A stretch of DNA of 64,000 bases from Candidatus Lutibacillus vidarii (GCA_016717165.1 JADKGA010000001.1:188592-252591); one strand, 5' to 3'; positions 49,318-58,527 are shown, counted from the stretch's first letter. Made by a program: numbers and translations. Notes: generated from the letters alone by a model not told the origin.

Positions 49318-50757
49318 TCAGGCGGCCCGCGTCATGACGTAGTGCGTGGTGTGCTGGTCGCTCGGGTCGAAGAACTCAGCCATGGACTCCCGCCACCGGA
49401 GCACGCTGCGGTCCGTGGACCCGTCCACGAGGGTGGCGGTGTCGGCATATGTCGCGGCGTCGTGAGCGACGAGGAAGTCACCTGAGCCGCCGACCGAACC
49501 GTCCCCGCCCGCAAGGTCACGGCGCACGGTGACCCAGGCCGCCGAGTCCTCGTTGCGCCGCCCGTCGAGCATCGGCACGACATCCTGTTCGTGCTCCAGC
49601 GAGAGCACCGTGACCGAGGCCGGGACGTCGATCCGCGCGATCGGGGAGCCGGCCGTCACCACGCTCGTCACGTGGAACCTCGAGGTGAACCCGGTGTCGG
49701 CGGCCAGGCTGGCCGCGGCGATGCCGCCCAGGCTGTGCCCGGTGAGCATGACGTCCTCCGCCGGCCCCGCGCCGGCCGCCTCCAGGGCCGCCGCGACGCA
49801 GTCGAGCAGCTGGGAGTGGTCGTGCGCCATGAGCCGCGCCGAGCTGGTGAGGTCGAGCGCGGAGGTGCCGCGGACCGGTGACCAGTCCTGGGTGCCTGGG
49901 ATCTGGACGACCCACGAGCGAGTGCCATCCGGATGGCGCACCTCACGAACTGTGAGCAGTCCGTCGTGCCCGTCCGAGCCGAGGTAGACCTGCTCCCCGA
50001 GCAGCTCAGCGAGCGTGTCGACGGGACCGTCCCCGGTCTCAGATCTGGCGCGCCCCTCCCGCACCGGGCGGACGACGAACCGCCCGCTGTCGACCAAGAG
50101 CCCGCCGACCGAGGCCAGCCCCAGCAGGGCGTCGAGGAAGCCGTCGAAACCGTCCGAGGGCCAACCCGCCGGCCCGAGCAGATCGGAACCGTGGGGGCCA
50201 AAGACGCCGGTCAGCATCCCGTCGAGCACCGCGGGGGTGGCGCCGACGAGCTGCTCGGTCACCCACGGATGGTCGTAGAGCTGCGTCAGCAGCCCCTCGT
50301 GGACGGCGCCGTCGGTGAGCAGGTCGGCGGCGCCCAAACCGAGCCCGACGCTGACGACGATCGGGAAACCCTCCGTGGTCACCCACACCCCCACGGCCCG
50401 GCCAGCGGTCCACCGGACCGACTCGACGGCCTGCGTGGCGAGCCGGTCCGCCTCCCGATAGGTCGCCACGGACTCGCGGACCACCAGCCCGATGGCCTCG
50501 GTCCCGAGCGCGACGACACCGGCACCGGATGGGCCGAGCGCGCTCGCGCCTACAGCCGTCTCGGCTCGAAACGCCTCGACCGGGCAGATCAGTGCCGCCT
50601 GGGCCACCTCGGGCCGTACCGCGAAAGCGGCGGTCCGACCGGCGACCGCGCGCAGGTCGTCGCCCACCCGGTCCAGCAGGGCCGCCGCGGCGACCAGGTC
50701 GTCGAGGGCGGCCGCGACCGAGCCGGCGCCGCCGCTGATGCTCAGCCCGTCAGCCAT
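49318..50757 (-). CDS. class-3-lipase-like alpha/beta hydrolase with a helical N-terminal domain
   Basis: This is the 3' part of track ORF 49318..50970. ATG 50757 gives MADGLSISGGAGSV. The nucleophile elbow is VMLTGHSLGGIAAASLA. There is an 8-nt overlap with the upstream small gene. Confidence 0.7.
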   Translation of the reverse strand: MADGLSISGGAGSVAAALDDLVAAAALLDRVGDDLRAVAGRTAAFAVRPEVAQAALICPVEAFRAETAVGASALGPSGAGVVALGTEAIGLVVRESVATYREADRLATQAVESVRWTAGRAVGVWVTTEGFPIVVSVGLGLGAADLLTDGAVHEGLLTQLYDHPWVTEQLVGATPAVLDGMLTGVFGPHGSDLLGPAGWPSDGFDGFLDALLGLASVGGLLVDSGRFVVRPVREGRARSETGDGPVDTLAELLGEQVYLGSDGHDGLLTVREVRHPDGTRSWVVQIPGTQDWSPVRGTSALDLTSSARLMAHDHSQLLDCVAAALEAAGAGPAEDVMLTGHSLGGIAAASLAADTGFTSRFHVTSVVTAGSPIARIDVPASVTVLSLEHEQDVVPMLDGRRNEDSAAWVTVRRDLAGGDGSVGGSGDFLVAHDAATYADTATLVDGSTDRSVLRWRESMAEFFDPSDQHTTHYVMTRAA

Positions 50758-51223
50758 GGTGGCCTCGGACGTGCACCGAGGCGGCCACGTCGAGCCACTC
50801 GGGTGACCCCCGGAGCGGCGGACGCCCGACCCGGTCGACGACCTCGTGCGCCGTCGCGAGGCGGTGACGGTCGGCCTCGGAGAGCTCCTCATGCGAGATC
50901 CCCACGAGGGACTCGATGGTGTCCCGAGCATGGGCGAGCAGGCCCAGGACTGCGTGCTCGGCTGCCGCAATGGCCGCCTGCCGCTGGCGCAGCGCGTCCG
51001 CCAAGGCCGCGAAGGCGGCGGCCGCGTCGAGCACCTCGTCCCGGCAGCTCAGCACCCAGCGCCCGTGGGACCTCAGCCGGTCGCGGAAGCTCTCGGCCGC
51101 GGTGCTCGCCCAGGCGACGCCCTCGCCCGTGGCAATGCGCTCAGCCGCCTGGGCCACCTCCGCGCCGAGGGCGCGCAGCTGCCGGGCCAGGTCGTCCAGG
51201 TGGGTGGGGTCGCCGCCGATCAT
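50750..51223 (-). CDS. small helical protein (WXG100-like candidate)
   Basis: ORF 50750..51250 with the likely start at ATG 51223 (MIGGDPTHLDDLARQLRALG). GVAWASTAAESFR resembles the W-x-G region of WXG100-type proteins. Tentative. Confidence 0.55.
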   Translation of the reverse strand: MIGGDPTHLDDLARQLRALGAEVAQAAERIATGEGVAWASTAAESFRDRLRSHGRWVLSCRDEVLDAAAAFAALADALRQRQAAIAAAEHAVLGLLAHARDTIESLVGISHEELSEADRHRLATAHEVVDRVGRPPLRGSPEWLDVAASVHVRGHHG

Positions 51224-51377
51224 GCCCGCGACGGTATGCCGAACCGGCATACGGAATCATGTCGGCGACCCGGCCCTGTGGAGGACGGGACGACGCGCGC
51301 GAACCCTGTGGACGACCCGGGGGAGACGAGGCTGCGACCGACCGCCTCAACCGACGATGGGGACGGCCGTGCCGGGG

Positions 51378-53660
51378 TTACTCCGCGGCAGCGCCCACCG
51401 GAGCGGCGTCGGCTTCGGGCCGGACTGCGGCGAGCAGCATCTGGGCGATGTCGACGACCTCGACCGCACCCTCGACCGCGGCGCCCTCCTGGACCTTGGC
51501 GTTGACGCCGTCGGTCAGCATGACCTTGCAGAACGGGCAGCCCACGGCGATCCGCTGGGCGCCGGTGGCGAGGGCCTCCTCGGTGCGGTTGATATTGATC
51601 CGCGTCCCGAGCTTCTCCTCCATCCACATCCGTGCCCCGCCGGCGCCGCAGCAGAACGAGCGGATGCCGGAGCGGTCCATCTCCTTGTACGCCACCCCGG
51701 GCAGTGAGCCGAGCAGCTCACGCGGCGGGGCGTACACGTGGTTGTGCCGGCCGAGATAGCACGGGTCGTGGTAGGTCACCGAGGCGGCCATCGACGCGGC
51801 GTCCTTCGTCGTCGACACCTGGTCGGGGCGCCGGACCGGGACGAGCTTGCCGGCCTTGACGAGGGAGTTGAGCAGCTCGGTGTGGTGGACGACCTCGTAG
51901 TGGCCGCCGAGCTGGGGGTACTCGTTGCGCAAGGTGTTGAAGCAGTGCGCGCAGGTGACGACGATCTTCGTCGCGCCGATCTCGTTGAGCATCTCGACAT
52001 TGCCCTGCGCGAGCATCTGGAAGAGCATCTCGTTGCCTGAGCGGCGGGCCGAGTCACCCGTGCACGCCTCGGAGTCGCCGAGCACGGCGAAAGTGACCCC
52101 CGCCGTGTGAAGCAGCTCGGCGACCGCCCGGGAGGTCTTTTTCGCGCGGTCCTCGAAGGCCCCGGCACAGCCGACCCAGAAGAGGTAGTCGACCTCGGCC
52201 ATGTCCTCGACGTCGGCGCCGAAGACCGGGACCTCGAAGGGCAGGCCCTTGGCCCAGTCCATCCGGGCGCGCGGCGCCATACCCCAGGGGTTCTGCTTCT
52301 GCTCGAGGTTGCGGAACAGGCCGTTGAGCTCGCTGGGGAAGGCCGACTCGAGGAGCACCTGGTAGCGGCGCATGTCGACGATGTGGTCGACGTGCTCGAT
52401 GTCGACCGGGCACTGTTCGACACAGGCGCCGCAGGTGGTGCAGGACCACAGGACGTCGGCGTCGATGACCGCCTCGGGCCCCATCGCGTCGTACGCCCGC
52501 AGCGGGTGGTCGTGGTCGTAGCCGGTGTCACCGATGAGCGGGATGTCGGCGAGCTTGACGACGTGCGCGGGCAGGTCCTCGCGCTCCTCCGCGGTCGCCA
52601 TGAGGTATGGCGCCTTGGCGTGCGCGTGGTCGCGCAGCGTCATCATGAGCAGCTTCGGGGACAGCGGCTTGTCGGTGTTCCAGGCCGGGCATTGGCTCTG
52701 GCAGCGACCGCACTCGGTGCAGGTCGTGACGTCGAGGAGGTCCTTCCAGGAGAAATGCTCGGCCTTGCCCACGCCGAGGGCGGCGCTCTCGTCGAGCTCG
52801 TCGAGCTTTTCGAAGTCGAGCGGCTCGCCACCGATGGTCATCGGCTTGAGCGCGCCGAGCGCGGTGCGGCCGTCCGCGTTGCGCTTGAACCAGATGTTGA
52901 CGAAGGCGAGGAAGCGGTGCCACGCGACGCCCATCGTCGGCTGGAGCGAGACGGTGATCATCCAGGCGAACGAGGTGAGGATCTTCACCGCGGCGACGAC
53001 ATAGATCGACTCGCGCAGCCACTGCTCCGACAGCCCGCCCCAGATGCCCCGGGCCCAGCCGGTCAGCGGGAAGTGCAGCCCGATATTCGTCCCTGGCTCG
53101 ATCCGCTGGATGAGCGCGGCCTCCTGGGTGCGCAACGAGATGATGCAGATCATGACGACGAGGATGGTGAACTCGACGTAGTACGCCTGCCACCAGGTCG
53201 ACCCGTAGAACCGGCTGCGCCGCCCGCGGGCACCCTCCGCGCTGCGGGGGTGGTTGAGCTGGCGGACGATGATGAGCACGACGATGCCGATGAACCCCAT
53301 CACGGCGAAGAGCTCGATGAGCCACTCGAAGGGCGCGAAGTGCCCGATGACCGGGAGTCGGAAGTCGGCCCAGATCAGCTGGAAGAAGGCGTTGACCAAG
53401 GTGGCGAAGAGCAGGAAGAAGCCCAGGGCCGTGAACCAGTGGGCGACCGCCACCAGCGGAAGCCGGGCCATCCGGGTGTGCCCGAGGAACTCCCGCACCA
53501 CCGTCCAGGTGCGCGTGCCGGGGTCGTTGGACCGGCTGGGGTCGGGCTGGCCGACCCGGAAGACCTTCGAGAATCGGACCACCTGGCGGGCCAAGAGCGC
53601 CCAGCCGAGGAGGGGGATGGTGAAGCACAGGGCGATCGCAGTGATCTGCAGTGCCGACAT
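51378..53660 (-). CDS. membrane-anchored (Fe-S)-binding reductase (heterodisulfide-reductase/GlpC-like, Rv0338c-type)
   Basis: 760 aa with N-terminal TM segments. There are two 4Fe-4S motifs, CTECGRCQSQCP and CTTCGACVEQCP, plus Cys-rich CCG domains (CCGAGG). Confidence 0.85.
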   Translation of the reverse strand: MSALQITAIALCFTIPLLGWALLARQVVRFSKVFRVGQPDPSRSNDPGTRTWTVVREFLGHTRMARLPLVAVAHWFTALGFFLLFATLVNAFFQLIWADFRLPVIGHFAPFEWLIELFAVMGFIGIVVLIIVRQLNHPRSAEGARGRRSRFYGSTWWQAYYVEFTILVVMICIISLRTQEAALIQRIEPGTNIGLHFPLTGWARGIWGGLSEQWLRESIYVVAAVKILTSFAWMITVSLQPTMGVAWHRFLAFVNIWFKRNADGRTALGALKPMTIGGEPLDFEKLDELDESAALGVGKAEHFSWKDLLDVTTCTECGRCQSQCPAWNTDKPLSPKLLMMTLRDHAHAKAPYLMATAEEREDLPAHVVKLADIPLIGDTGYDHDHPLRAYDAMGPEAVIDADVLWSCTTCGACVEQCPVDIEHVDHIVDMRRYQVLLESAFPSELNGLFRNLEQKQNPWGMAPRARMDWAKGLPFEVPVFGADVEDMAEVDYLFWVGCAGAFEDRAKKTSRAVAELLHTAGVTFAVLGDSEACTGDSARRSGNEMLFQMLAQGNVEMLNEIGATKIVVTCAHCFNTLRNEYPQLGGHYEVVHHTELLNSLVKAGKLVPVRRPDQVSTTKDAASMAASVTYHDPCYLGRHNHVYAPPRELLGSLPGVAYKEMDRSGIRSFCCGAGGARMWMEEKLGTRININRTEEALATGAQRIAVGCPFCKVMLTDGVNAKVQEGAAVEGAVEVVDIAQMLLAAVRPEADAAPVGAAAE

Positions 53661-53859
53661 ACGCCGATCTTAGGGCTGGGGGGTGACCCGCAGCAGGGGC
53701 CGTGGTGGGCGAGGGGGTGTGACGCGGGTCGCCCGAGACGAGCGCCGACGATGTCCGATTCGGCTCCGGGCGGGCCCGACATATAACGTTGCGTTGGAAT
53801 ACGCATAAGGCGAGGAGGGTTGTCGCCCTCACGAGCCCACGATCGGGAAAGGTCCCCCA

Positions 53860-54789
53860 GTGCCCATCTACGACGACGTCACCACGCTCATCGGCAACAC
53901 CCCGCTGGTGCGGATCAACCGGATCATCGACAGCGGCGCCACGGTGGCGGCCAAGCTTGAGTTCTACAACCCGGCCAACTCCGTCAAGGACCGGATCGGC
54001 GTCTCGATCGTCGACGCCGCCGAGGCCTCGGGCGCGTTGTCGGCCGGGGGGACGATCGTCGAAGCCACCTCGGGCAACACCGGGATCGCCTTGGCCATGG
54101 TCGGGGCGGCCCGGGGTTACCACGTCGTGCTCACCATGCCGGCCTCGATGTCCAAGGAGCGCCGCGCGCTGCTGCGGGCCTTCGGTGCCGAGCTCGTCCT
54201 CACCGATGCCTCCACCGGCATGAAGGGCGCCGTCGAGGCCGCCGAGCAGATCGCCGCCGAGCGGCCCGGCGCGGTCCTGGCCCGCCAGTTCGCCAACGCC
54301 GCCAACCCGGAGATCCACCGCCGCACCACCGCCGAGGAGATCTGGCGGGACACCGACGGCGCCGTCGACATCGTCATCGCGGGCATCGGCACCGGCGGGA
54401 CGATCACCGGCGTCGGGCAGGTGCTCAAGTCGCGCAAGCCGTCGGTCCAGATCATCGCCGTCGAGCCGCAGGAGTCGGCGATCCTCAACGGCGGCCAGCC
54501 CGGCCCGCACAAGATCCAGGGGATCGGCGCGAACTTCGTGCCCGAGATCCTCGACACGACGATCTACGACGAGGTGCTCGACATCTCCGCCGACCAGGCC
54601 GTGGAGTGGGCCCGCAAGGCGGCCACCCAGGAGGGCCTGCTCGTGGGGCTCTCCTCCGGCGCCGCCCTGGCCGCCGCCGATATCGTCGCCCGCCGGCCGG
54701 AGAACGCCGGCAAGACCATCGTCGTCATCATCCCCTCGTTCGGCGAGCGGTACCTCTCGACGGTCCTCTTCGAGGGCCTGGTGGACTGA
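53860..54789 (+). CDS. cysK: cysteine synthase A (O-acetylserine sulfhydrylase)
   Basis: 309 aa with a GTG start. [23 protein letters not shown] (PLP lysine) and [10 protein letters not shown]. Confidence 0.95.
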   Translation: MPIYDDVTTLIGNTPLVRINRIIDSGATVAAKLEFYNPANSVKDRIGVSIVDAAEASGALSAGGTIVEATSGNTGIALAMVGAARGYHVVLTMPASMSKERRALLRAFGAELVLTDASTGMKGAVEAAEQIAAERPGAVLARQFANAANPEIHRRTTAEEIWRDTDGAVDIVIAGIGTGGTITGVGQVLKSRKPSVQIIAVEPQESAILNGGQPGPHKIQGIGANFVPEILDTTIYDEVLDISADQAVEWARKAATQEGLLVGLSSGAALAAADIVARRPENAGKTIVVIIPSFGERYLSTVLFEGLVD

Positions 54790-55472
54790 TGGCGATGGTC
54801 AACCTCGTCTCGCCCGAGTCAGCGTCACGACGCGGTATGACGGCCGTCCCCTCCAGCGCCGCCGCCTCCGGACGCGGGGCGATCGATGCGCTGCGGGCGG
54901 CATACCGGGTCATGCGTGAGGACGTGGAGGCGGCCATGGGCCGCGACCCGGCCGCCCACTCGCGGCTGGAGATGTTCCTCGCCAGCTCGGGGCTGCACGC
55001 GATCTGGGCGTACCGCGTCGCGCACCTCATCTGGCAGCGGCCCTCGGGGAAGCTCCTCGGCCGGGTCATCTCCCAGGTCGTCCGCGCCGCGACCGGCGTG
55101 GAGATCCACCCCGGAGCGACCATCGGGCGGCGCTTCTTCATCGACCACGGGATGGGTGTGGTCATCGGCGAGACCGCCGAGATCGGCGACGACGTCATGC
55201 TCTACCACGGGGTGACCCTGGGTGGGCGGTCCATGGCGAAGACGAAGCGGCACCCCACGCTCGGCGACCGGGTCACCGTCGGCGCCGGGGCGAAGATCCT
55301 CGGGCCGGTGCTCATCGGCTCGGACGCGCAGATCGGCGCCAACTCCGTCGTCGTCAAGGACGTGCCGGCGGGCGCCGTCGCCACCGGCATCCCCGCGGTC
55401 GTACGGATGCCCAGGACCCCGGGTGAGGACCCCTATGAGGCGCTCTTCCGGGAGCCGGCCCTCTTCATCTGA
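54789..55472 (+). CDS. cysE: serine O-acetyltransferase
   Basis: ATG 54789 overlaps the cysK stop (TGATG). The hexapeptide-repeat region is [41 protein letters not shown]. Confidence 0.9.
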   Translation: MAMVNLVSPESASRRGMTAVPSSAAASGRGAIDALRAAYRVMREDVEAAMGRDPAAHSRLEMFLASSGLHAIWAYRVAHLIWQRPSGKLLGRVISQVVRAATGVEIHPGATIGRRFFIDHGMGVVIGETAEIGDDVMLYHGVTLGGRSMAKTKRHPTLGDRVTVGAGAKILGPVLIGSDAQIGANSVVVKDVPAGAVATGIPAVVRMPRTPGEDPYEALFREPALFI

Positions 55473-55827
55473 ATCCGGGTATATCGGACAACAGATTTTT
55501 TCTCTAGGGTGGCGTATCACAGACCTCGCTCACTCCTCTGCATGGGTGTCAGACCTTCGCGCCTGGTTGAACCGGCCGAGGCGCCCACGCAGGGGGTGGG
55601 CGCGCCGGGGTTCCGTGGGGAGCAGGGTTGGTGAACGCCGCCGACGTGGATCAGGGCCCACGTCGGTCGGGGATGGTGGTTCGGCCACCATCGCGGCCGG
55701 GGTGTTTTCTGACCCCGGTTGAGTCGGCCCGCCCCGCCCTCCGTCCTCCCTTGGGCCACGACGTCCCCGCCCCGCAAACTAGGATGGGCCTGCTGTCGGC
55801 CCGGCTCCCACGAGCCGTATGCCGCCG

Positions 55828-55912
55828 GGAGGGCTCGCATAGTGGACTAGTGCGGCGGTCTTGAAAACCGCTAAGGCGAAAGCCTTCGTGGGTTCGAATC
55901 CCACGCCCTCCG
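55828..55912 (+). tRNA. tRNA-Ser (anticodon TGA)
   Basis: ggagggctcgcatagtggactagtgcggcggtcttgaaaaccgctaaggcgaaagccttcgtgggttcgaatcccacgccctccg. The anticodon loop is ctTGAaa and there is a long variable arm. CCA is not encoded. Confidence 0.9.
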
Positions 55913-55969
55913 CTCGCTGACGCTCGCGGTGGCCGTAGGACCCACCACGCCCTCCGCTCGCTGACGCTC
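55901..55969. repeat. 25-bp perfect direct repeat duplicating the tRNA-Ser 3' end
   Basis: ccacgccctccgctcgctgacgctc occurs at 55901-55925 (last 12 nt of the tRNA plus 13 nt) and again at 55945-55969. Confidence 0.9.
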
Positions 55970-55984
55970 AGGTCTTCCGGGTCG

Positions 55985-56024
55985 GGTGAGCGGGATCGAC
56001 GTCAGGGTGTCGATTCCGCTCACC
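55985..56024. terminator. hairpin downstream of the VOC gene and the tRNA-Ser
   Basis: ggtgagcgggatcgac gtcagggt gtcgattccgctcacc forms a 16-bp stem with one mismatch. Confidence 0.55.
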
Positions 56025-56072
56025 TGAGCAACGGCTGACGTGTCGACGCGGTCGCGGCGCCGGTCGAGCGCC

Positions 56073-56549
56073 CTACGAACCAGCGGCGGCGCGTTCGAGC
56101 GCGGCGATGTCGAGCTTGACCATGGCGAGCATCGCCGTCATACAGCGCTGCGAAGCAGCAGGGTCCGGCGAGCCGAGCAGCTCACCCAGCCGGGTCGGGA
56201 CCACCTGCCAGGACACCCCGAACCGGTCCTTGAGCCAGCCGCACTGCACCGGCTGACCGCCATCGGCCAGGAGGGCGTCCCAGTAGTAGTCGACCTCGGC
56301 CTGGTTGGCGCACGAGATCGAGAAGGACACCGCGTCGTTGAAGGTGTGGTGTGGGCCGCCGTTCAACATCTGGTATGGCCGGCCGAGAAGTTCCATCGTG
56401 GCCATGAGCAGCGAGCCGGCCGGGAGCGGCGCGCCCTCCCCGTAGCGCGACTCGTCGAGCACACGCGAGCCCTCGAAGACGGACAGGTAGAAGGGCACCG
56501 CCTCGTCGAGCCCGGACTCGAACCACAGGCAGGGGGTGATCGTTGGCAT
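56073..56549 (-). CDS. VOC/glyoxalase-fold protein (PhnB / 3-demethylubiquinone-9 methyltransferase-domain type)
   Basis: ATG 56549 gives MPTITPCLWFESGLDEAVPFYLSVFEGSRV and later DRFGVSWQV, both typical of this family. Confidence 0.8.
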   Translation of the reverse strand: MPTITPCLWFESGLDEAVPFYLSVFEGSRVLDESRYGEGAPLPAGSLLMATMELLGRPYQMLNGGPHHTFNDAVSFSISCANQAEVDYYWDALLADGGQPVQCGWLKDRFGVSWQVVPTRLGELLGSPDPAASQRCMTAMLAMVKLDIAALERAAAGS

Positions 56550-56622
56550 GGCGGCCTCCTCGTCGGGTGAAGGGGCCACGGTAACCGATGCTCTCCGGGC
56601 AGCAGCCCGCTCCCTTGGGCCA

Positions 56623-56689
56623 CCAAGGGTGGGAAAAGCACGCTAAGGCCCGGATTCCTGGGCCCATACGGTGCTTCTCCCACCTTTGG
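56623..56689. repeat. long imperfect hairpin related to the two hairpins downstream of cspA
   Basis: ccaagggtgggaaaagcac ... 29-nt loop ... gtgcttctcccacctttgg. The right arm catacggtgcttctcccacc resembles cataccgtgcttttgccatc at 62974 and 63242. Confidence 0.6.
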
Positions 56690-56726
56690 TTCTCGGACCA
56701 GCGGCCGGGGGAGGTGGAGGAGGCGT

Positions 56727-56783
56727 CTGCGGTGGCGCGGCTGCGGTGGCGCGGCTGCGGTGGCGCGGCTGCGGCGGCGGCGG
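56727..56783. repeat. 14-bp tandem repeat (ctgcggtggcgcgg, 3 copies plus a degenerate one)
   Basis: Units start at 56727, 56741, 56755 and 56769. The repeat is intergenic. Confidence 0.8.
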
Positions 56784-56864
56784 CAGAGGCGGGCTGTGGG
56801 AGGCGGCGGAGGCGCAGCGGGGGTGGCACTGCCGAAGGGCGCGGAGGATCGGGGTCTCGCGAGG

Positions 56865-57602
56865 TCAGTGCAGCGCGCGGGTCAACCGCCGCAGGGTGGC
56901 GATCTGCGCGACGACATACGACAGCGCCAGAACCACGACGACGACCCCCACCCATGGGGTGCCGCTGTTCTGCGTACAGGTCGTCTCGGCCACCCCGCCG
57001 CCGGGCACGCTCGTCGACGTGCAGACGGAGGAAACCATCGTGGCCAGCAGCCCGGCACCGACGAGGCTGCCCAAGAACACGGGTAGCCCCGTCGCCACGA
57101 AGGCCCAGGCGAGCACCCGGTCGCGGCCCTGCCAGGCCGTGGCCAACGCCAGACAGACCAGCCCAGCGACCCACAGCGGCGCCGACAACGGCAGGAACAG
57201 GGCGATGAGCTCAGCGGCAACGAGGAGGATCAGCGCGGCCTGCTCGATCCGGTGGGTCGGCCTAGCCGGCTGGGTTGGCTGGGTTGGCGGGGCCAACGGG
57301 CCCGCCGGGGCCAGTAGCCCACCTGACGTGCCCGGTCCGGCATACGACATCGGTGGTATGCCGACCCCACCCGAGGCCGAGCCGAGGGCTGCGGCGACCA
57401 CCTCGTCCGGCGAGCCGAGCCGGTCGATCGCGCTGCGGACCGTCGCCTCGTCGGCCGTCCCGCCGTCCGTGGCCGTGTCGAGGTGCTCGGTGATATCGGC
57501 GAGGAGGTCCTCGGCCTGACCCTTCGGCAGCGCGGCGACCGCCGTGGCGTGCAGGCGACTGAGGTACTCGTGGACGAGGGGGTGTGACGACACGGTCATC
57601 AT
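56865..57602 (-). CDS. membrane protein with a DUF1700/HAAS-like N-terminal domain
   Basis: ATG 57602 overlaps the PadR stop. MMTVSSHPLVHEYLSRLHATAVAALPKGQAEDLLADITEHL is typical of PadR-associated sensor-like proteins. The C-terminal half has TM segments. Confidence 0.7.
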   Translation of the reverse strand: MMTVSSHPLVHEYLSRLHATAVAALPKGQAEDLLADITEHLDTATDGGTADEATVRSAIDRLGSPDEVVAAALGSASGGVGIPPMSYAGPGTSGGLLAPAGPLAPPTQPTQPARPTHRIEQAALILLVAAELIALFLPLSAPLWVAGLVCLALATAWQGRDRVLAWAFVATGLPVFLGSLVGAGLLATMVSSVCTSTSVPGGGVAETTCTQNSGTPWVGVVVVVLALSYVVAQIATLRRLTRALH

Positions 57603-57940
57603 GACCTGGCCTTTCCATCGACGATGTGGTCGACGCTCTCCCGGAAGCCGCGCCAGGACTGGCGGAAGGCCTCGAGTGACGCGCGCCCTTGGGGGGTGAG
57701 CGTGTAGTAGCGCCGCGGCGGACCGGACGGCGACTCGCGCCATACGGTGTCCACGAGCCCGTCCCGACGCAGCCGGCTGAGCAGGGGGTAGACCGTCCCC
57801 TCACTCGCAACCAGGCCTGCTGCGGCGAGGTCGTTGACGAGGTCGTAGGCGTAGCGAGCCTCATGCTCGGTCAGCGCCAGGACGCAGTGCTCCAGCACGC
57901 CGCGTCGCAGCTGGGCGACGACATTGCTCGAGCTGTCCAT
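57599..57940 (-). CDS. PadR-family transcriptional regulator
   Basis: 113 aa. LRRGVLEHCVLALTEHEARYAYDLVNDLAAAGLVASEGTVYPLLSRLRRDGLV is a textbook PadR winged helix. Confidence 0.9.
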   Translation of the reverse strand: MDSSSNVVAQLRRGVLEHCVLALTEHEARYAYDLVNDLAAAGLVASEGTVYPLLSRLRRDGLVDTVWRESPSGPPRRYYTLTPQGRASLEAFRQSWRGFRESVDHIVDGKARS

Positions 57941-58110
57941 GACTCGAAGGTACCGCCGGGTACCTTGCTACGCAAGATACCCGGCGGAGAAAGGCAGTGG
58001 CGCACTTCACCCGCCTCGGTGCCACCTGGCGGAAGGAAGGACTTGCGGCGGGAGTTATGGTCTGTGTCAACGGCTTGCGGCACAGGCGCCGCATCGCAAG
58101 GGAGGCCCTC

Positions 58111-58329
58111 ATGGCACGGTACGACGCCGACACGACCACGCTCGGCACGCTTCTCGACGACCCGGATGTCGTCGCCATCCTCGACAAGCACGCCCCGGGT
58201 CTGTCGACCAACCCGATGATCGGGATGGCGAAGGCGATGCCGGCCAGCCAGGCCATCGGCATGGCCAGCGGCATGATCGGCGCCGACAAGGCCGAGGCCA
58301 TCCGCGCCGAGGTCGAAGCCCTGGAGTGA
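58111..58329 (+). CDS. small hypothetical protein (72 aa)
   Basis: ATG 58111 is preceded by aagggagg. The sequence is MARYDADTTTLGTLLDDPDVVAILDKHAPGL... No family recognised. Confidence 0.55.
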   Translation: MARYDADTTTLGTLLDDPDVVAILDKHAPGLSTNPMIGMAKAMPASQAIGMASGMIGADKAEAIRAEVEALE

Positions 58330-58372
58330 CCGCTCCGGCCGACGGTGTGCCGTCGGACCGCTTGTAGCTCAC

Positions 58373-58404
58373 CTTGTGGGGGCCGCCGACGCGGCCCCCA
58401 CAAG
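58373..58404. terminator. perfect 14-bp GC-rich hairpin between convergent genes
   Basis: cttgtgggggccgc cgac gcggcccccacaag. Confidence 0.7.
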
Positions 58405-58527
58405 CATGTCCGGTTCCCTCAAGACCTCGAGGTATGCCGGCCCCGTCGCTCAGGGTTCGCCGCACCCGGATAGCGGCGGGCGCCGCTCAGGGTCCGCCAC
58501 TCCGGTATGCCGGTGCCGTCTTCGGCG

